Program-made: the position numbers and the translations under genes
The notes under the pieces: model-generated
Seen by the model: the letters and a program-made list of their open reading frames with translations, nothing else
Databases searched by the model: none
What the model was told of the DNA's origin: nothing
Part shown: piece after piece, positions 29,196 through 32,000 of the stretch
Numbering within the stretch: position 1 is the first letter of the stretch
How the letters are laid out: every line of letters begins with the position of its first letter
Assembly (NCBI GenBank): GCA_000175855.1
Contig: ACYB01000031.1
Coordinates: 176,237 to 208,236, forward strand
Source of the DNA: Raphidiopsis brookii D9
Lineage (GTDB): Bacteria; Cyanobacteriota; Cyanobacteriia; Cyanobacteriales; Nostocaceae
Length of the DNA: 32,000 nt
Reading direction: 5' to 3'

Positions 29196-30854
29196 TTAGA
29201 AGCTGAAGGTGGTACGTATTGTACCTACAAGGATGTTGGGGTTACTCTGGCTGTGTTGAGGATCTAGAATCACTAAGAGACCTGGGGTAACGAGAATATT
29301 GTCAGAAACCTTGATTTTATACAGACCTTCTAAGTGGTAGGAAGTATCAGTTTCTCCGCTTAATTTGGGAGGTTGACCAAAAACCAAGCCCAGGGTGTTG
29401 CCTTCTCTTAGTAAGTCTTTAAATGCCACATTACCAGCCCAGTACCAAACATTTCCACTGGTGGAATTAGGTCCCAAGCTGTTAACATTTGTGTAGCCTA
29501 ACCAACCGCCTAGTGAAATCTTAGGAGTAGCCTTAAAGTTCACTTGCAAACCATAGTTACTGGCTTCGAAACCTGTAGCGGATCCAAATCTTTGTCTAGC
29601 TACAGTACCACCACTAGTATCACCGAAGAGTCTATTAAACGCATTTGTTATTCGTTGTTCTGCTGTTGTTCCTGTTGTACTAACTACTGTTTCGTAGGCA
29701 CGGGAGTAGGTAAGACCAACATTAACAGATTCAGTTGGCTTAAAGGCCACCTGACCAAAAATGGTGCTGGGGCCTTCAAAGAATCCATTACTAGCTCCTG
29801 GATCGGAAGCACTAGCTCCTCTAGCATAATAACCAGCACCAATGGTGACAGCGTCATTAGCTTTGAAGTTTACACCAACACCAGATCCAGCTCCACGATA
29901 GATGGGGCTAAAACGTCCATAGCGGGAGATAGATCCCGAACCACTGCTCTTGAAGTCGGGGTTGAACTGTCCAAAGTTATCATCTAAGTCAGCACCTATG
30001 GCATCAATCTTCACACTAAGATTGGGCAGGGGGTTGAAGGCGTAGTTAAGTTTGTCAATGGTAATTGAGTTACCAGTACCACCTTCATAACTTAATCGAG
30101 CCATGTTGGTACCTGTGGCACCTGGAGCTGAAGTAGTAACAGGAGCAGTAACAGGACCAGTAGTTGTAGTAGAATTCAAATTGAAAACATTCCCAGCATT
30201 CAAACGAGTTTGCAACTTATCATTACCGCTAAAGCTGCTTTCCAAAGTCAACCTTACCCGATCAGAGAAAGTGAAGTTGGAATCTAAATCTGTACGCGGA
30301 GTACCAGCTATACCCCTTCCAAAGGCTTGGGTAAGACCAAAAATAGCTTCACCCTTGAGTTTGGTGGTGGTGGAAAACTGATTAGCTTCTAACTCACCAG
30401 TACGGGCTTCTAAGGCATCAACTTGACCACGGAGAGTAGCCAATTCAGCAGAAAATTCTTCTTGTAAACGCTGTAAAGTTGCCAAGTCTTCCTTCTTAAC
30501 TGCATCAGCTGTTGAAGAAGCAATTAACTCACTAACTCTTTCCAAACAAGCGTTTAAACTAGCCGCAAATTCAAAGCGGTTTAGAGTGCGATTACCACGG
30601 AATGTACCATCGGGATAACCAGCAATACAATTATAACGCTCAACTAAAGATTGCAATGCTTGGAATGCCCAATCTCTTGGTTGTACGTCACGAAACTGAG
30701 AAACAGAAGTTGTTTGACTAATCTTATCAGAGGACAATTGAGCAACGCTAGTGGTTGGCTCTTTCACTTCATTAGCTAATACGCCGTTTGCAGAAAGGAT
30801 AGTAGCTGCAACAACCGGACTCACTCTGAGAACATTCCAGAATAGTTTTGTCAT
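29196..30854 (-). CDS. Outer-membrane porin with N-terminal SLH domain and OprB-like beta-barrel
   Basis: Signal peptide MTKLFWNVLRVSPVVAATILSANGVLA, then SLH motif FRDVQPRDWAFQALQSLVERYNCIAGYPDGTFRGNRTLNRFEFAA and a coiled-coil linker. The remainder is G/S/T/N-rich alternating sequence ending in F. ATG 30854 is preferred over GTG 30872. Confidence 0.85.
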   Translation of the reverse strand: MTKLFWNVLRVSPVVAATILSANGVLANEVKEPTTSVAQLSSDKISQTTSVSQFRDVQPRDWAFQALQSLVERYNCIAGYPDGTFRGNRTLNRFEFAASLNACLERVSELIASSTADAVKKEDLATLQRLQEEFSAELATLRGQVDALEARTGELEANQFSTTTKLKGEAIFGLTQAFGRGIAGTPRTDLDSNFTFSDRVRLTLESSFSGNDKLQTRLNAGNVFNLNSTTTTGPVTAPVTTSAPGATGTNMARLSYEGGTGNSITIDKLNYAFNPLPNLSVKIDAIGADLDDNFGQFNPDFKSSGSGSISRYGRFSPIYRGAGSGVGVNFKANDAVTIGAGYYARGASASDPGASNGFFEGPSTIFGQVAFKPTESVNVGLTYSRAYETVVSTTGTTAEQRITNAFNRLFGDTSGGTVARQRFGSATGFEASNYGLQVNFKATPKISLGGWLGYTNVNSLGPNSTSGNVWYWAGNVAFKDLLREGNTLGLVFGQPPKLSGETDTSYHLEGLYKIKVSDNILVTPGLLVILDPQHSQSNPNILVGTIRTTFSF

Positions 30855-30972
30855 GTTTTTACCTTTTCTCACACCTAAAGAAAATCAGGAGATTTAAATG
30901 CCTATCATCAAATCCTTTCGGGATTCAGGGAATTTACATATCATACCCTTAATGACTACTATACACTATTTT

Positions 30973-30984
30973 TGTTCCGGAACA
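30973..30984 (-). promoter_or_regulatory. Perfect 12-bp palindrome TGTTCCGGAACA in the porin upstream region (possible operator)
   Basis: The palindrome is seen directly. It lies about 120 nt upstream of the porin ATG and about 100 nt downstream of the Crp/Fnr-family gene. Confidence 0.3.
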
Positions 30985-31087
30985 CAAAATTTATAAATTT
31001 TAATTTTTTTATAGTAATGGTCAGTCCCAGCTACCCAGGAGAAGAGGCCAGCCAGATTACCTACCTGGATAGAGATAATTTTGGCGG

Positions 31088-31672
31088 TCAATCTTGCTGC
31101 AAATCCTGGGTCAACCGGAGAATAATACTCCGTTTATGACGTGATATTTTTCCCTGGGTCTCAAATTTCTGCAACAGTCTGGTAATAGTCACTCTTGTTG
31201 TGTTCAACACCTCTGAAATATCTTGATGGGTCAGGTTCAAATCAATCAACTTACCCCGTTCCAAATCCCTACCAAATTTATTCCCTAACCACAGCAAAAA
31301 ATGCCACAATCTTAACGATGTGGGCTTACAATGCAGTATATGTAAGATTTGTTCAGTTTGTTGAATATGGGATAATAACGCTTTAAGATCTTCATGCCAA
31401 AGATCTGGTGGTATGATTGTTGCTTCTACACTGGTCAAACACTGAATTTGGTAGGGTGTGACCTTTGATAAGACATGACCAGTAATATCTCCAGGACCCC
31501 AATAACCAAGAGTTATAGCTGTTCCCTCCTCATCCCAAGTCAGTGTGCGCACCACACCGCGCTCAATCCGCCACAGAACATCATTTTTGATCGGAATGAT
31601 TGAGTGCTGGGTAAGTATCTGTTGCGCCAAATGCTTTCTTGGTAGATGGATGATATTTTCAGTAGGGTTCAT
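31088..31672 (-). CDS. Crp/Fnr family transcriptional regulator
   Basis: 194 aa. It has an N-terminal beta-roll-like effector domain (LWRIERGVVRTLTWDEEGTAITLGYWGPGDITG) and a C-terminal HTH (LTHQDISEVLNTTRVTITRLLQKFETQGKI). Confidence 0.8.
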   Translation of the reverse strand: MNPTENIIHLPRKHLAQQILTQHSIIPIKNDVLWRIERGVVRTLTWDEEGTAITLGYWGPGDITGHVLSKVTPYQIQCLTSVEATIIPPDLWHEDLKALLSHIQQTEQILHILHCKPTSLRLWHFLLWLGNKFGRDLERGKLIDLNLTHQDISEVLNTTRVTITRLLQKFETQGKISRHKRSIILRLTQDLQQD

Positions 31673-32000
31673 TGCCAGAAATGCCAGAAGAGGTTATTAG
31701 TTACTGCAAGATTAAATGCTTACATCTTAATAATTAAAGGTTAAGAATGAGTTATCATCCGGTAAAAAATTGAAACCAGCTTAGAATCCCCTGTGTCTCT
31801 TAGGTCTACCAAACACCACCATCGTGTCGGGAACCAGTTTAATTTTGTTAGTACTCTTGAATCTACTGGCACTGCTGGAACTTCAAAAAATCCGAGAGTC
31901 AGTTGAGAGCTAACTCTACCAGGAGGAGAGTTTTTAAAAACCCCCTCCCGAAGGTATGCTGATGCAGGTAACAGTTTATTCAAGTCCAGTAATATCAATA

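Noticed and set aside
31741-31998. 85-aa minus-strand ORF at the right edge
   Set aside because: It starts with a TTG two bases from the window end, the sequence is Trp/Arg-rich and unconvincing, and I see no motif. It could be the tail of a gene extending beyond the window, but I cannot support it.

Overview
This is a chromosomal segment of a cyanobacterium, probably an AT-rich filamentous Nostocales-type genome. Supporting evidence: 14 copies of the HIP1 octamer GCGATCGC, psaE, an Amt transporter with an NtcA-like box, groESL behind a perfect CIRCE operator, an SLH/OprB porin, and the adjacent 2-oxoglutarate decarboxylase and succinic semialdehyde dehydrogenase pair. Most genes are housekeeping: glmS (partial), mutM, psaE, leuDC, murQ, amt, rsmE, cobK and groESL. 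I saw no tRNA, rRNA or CRISPR array by eye. The main candidate for something new is a tightly packed plus-strand module at 16787-23558. It encodes a dynamin-like GTPase (857 aa), a roughly 997-aa non-canonical Hsp70/actin-fold ATPase that this sequence splits with a 1-nt frameshift, and a 375-aa orphan protein. I recognise no J-domain or GrpE partner, and I know of no characterised system with this composition. A second theme is eight or nine single-base length anomalies, nearly all in homopolymer runs. They either garble conserved peptide segments while keeping the ORF open (leuC with three +1 events, the SSADH gene with +1/-1) or split genes (the Hsp70-like gene, tnpB, a 28.4-29.1 kb gene, and possibly the M23 peptidase N-terminus). 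These are most simply read-quality artefacts, so pseudogene calls here are provisional. A solo, frameshifted IS200/IS605-type tnpB lies at 24646-25897.
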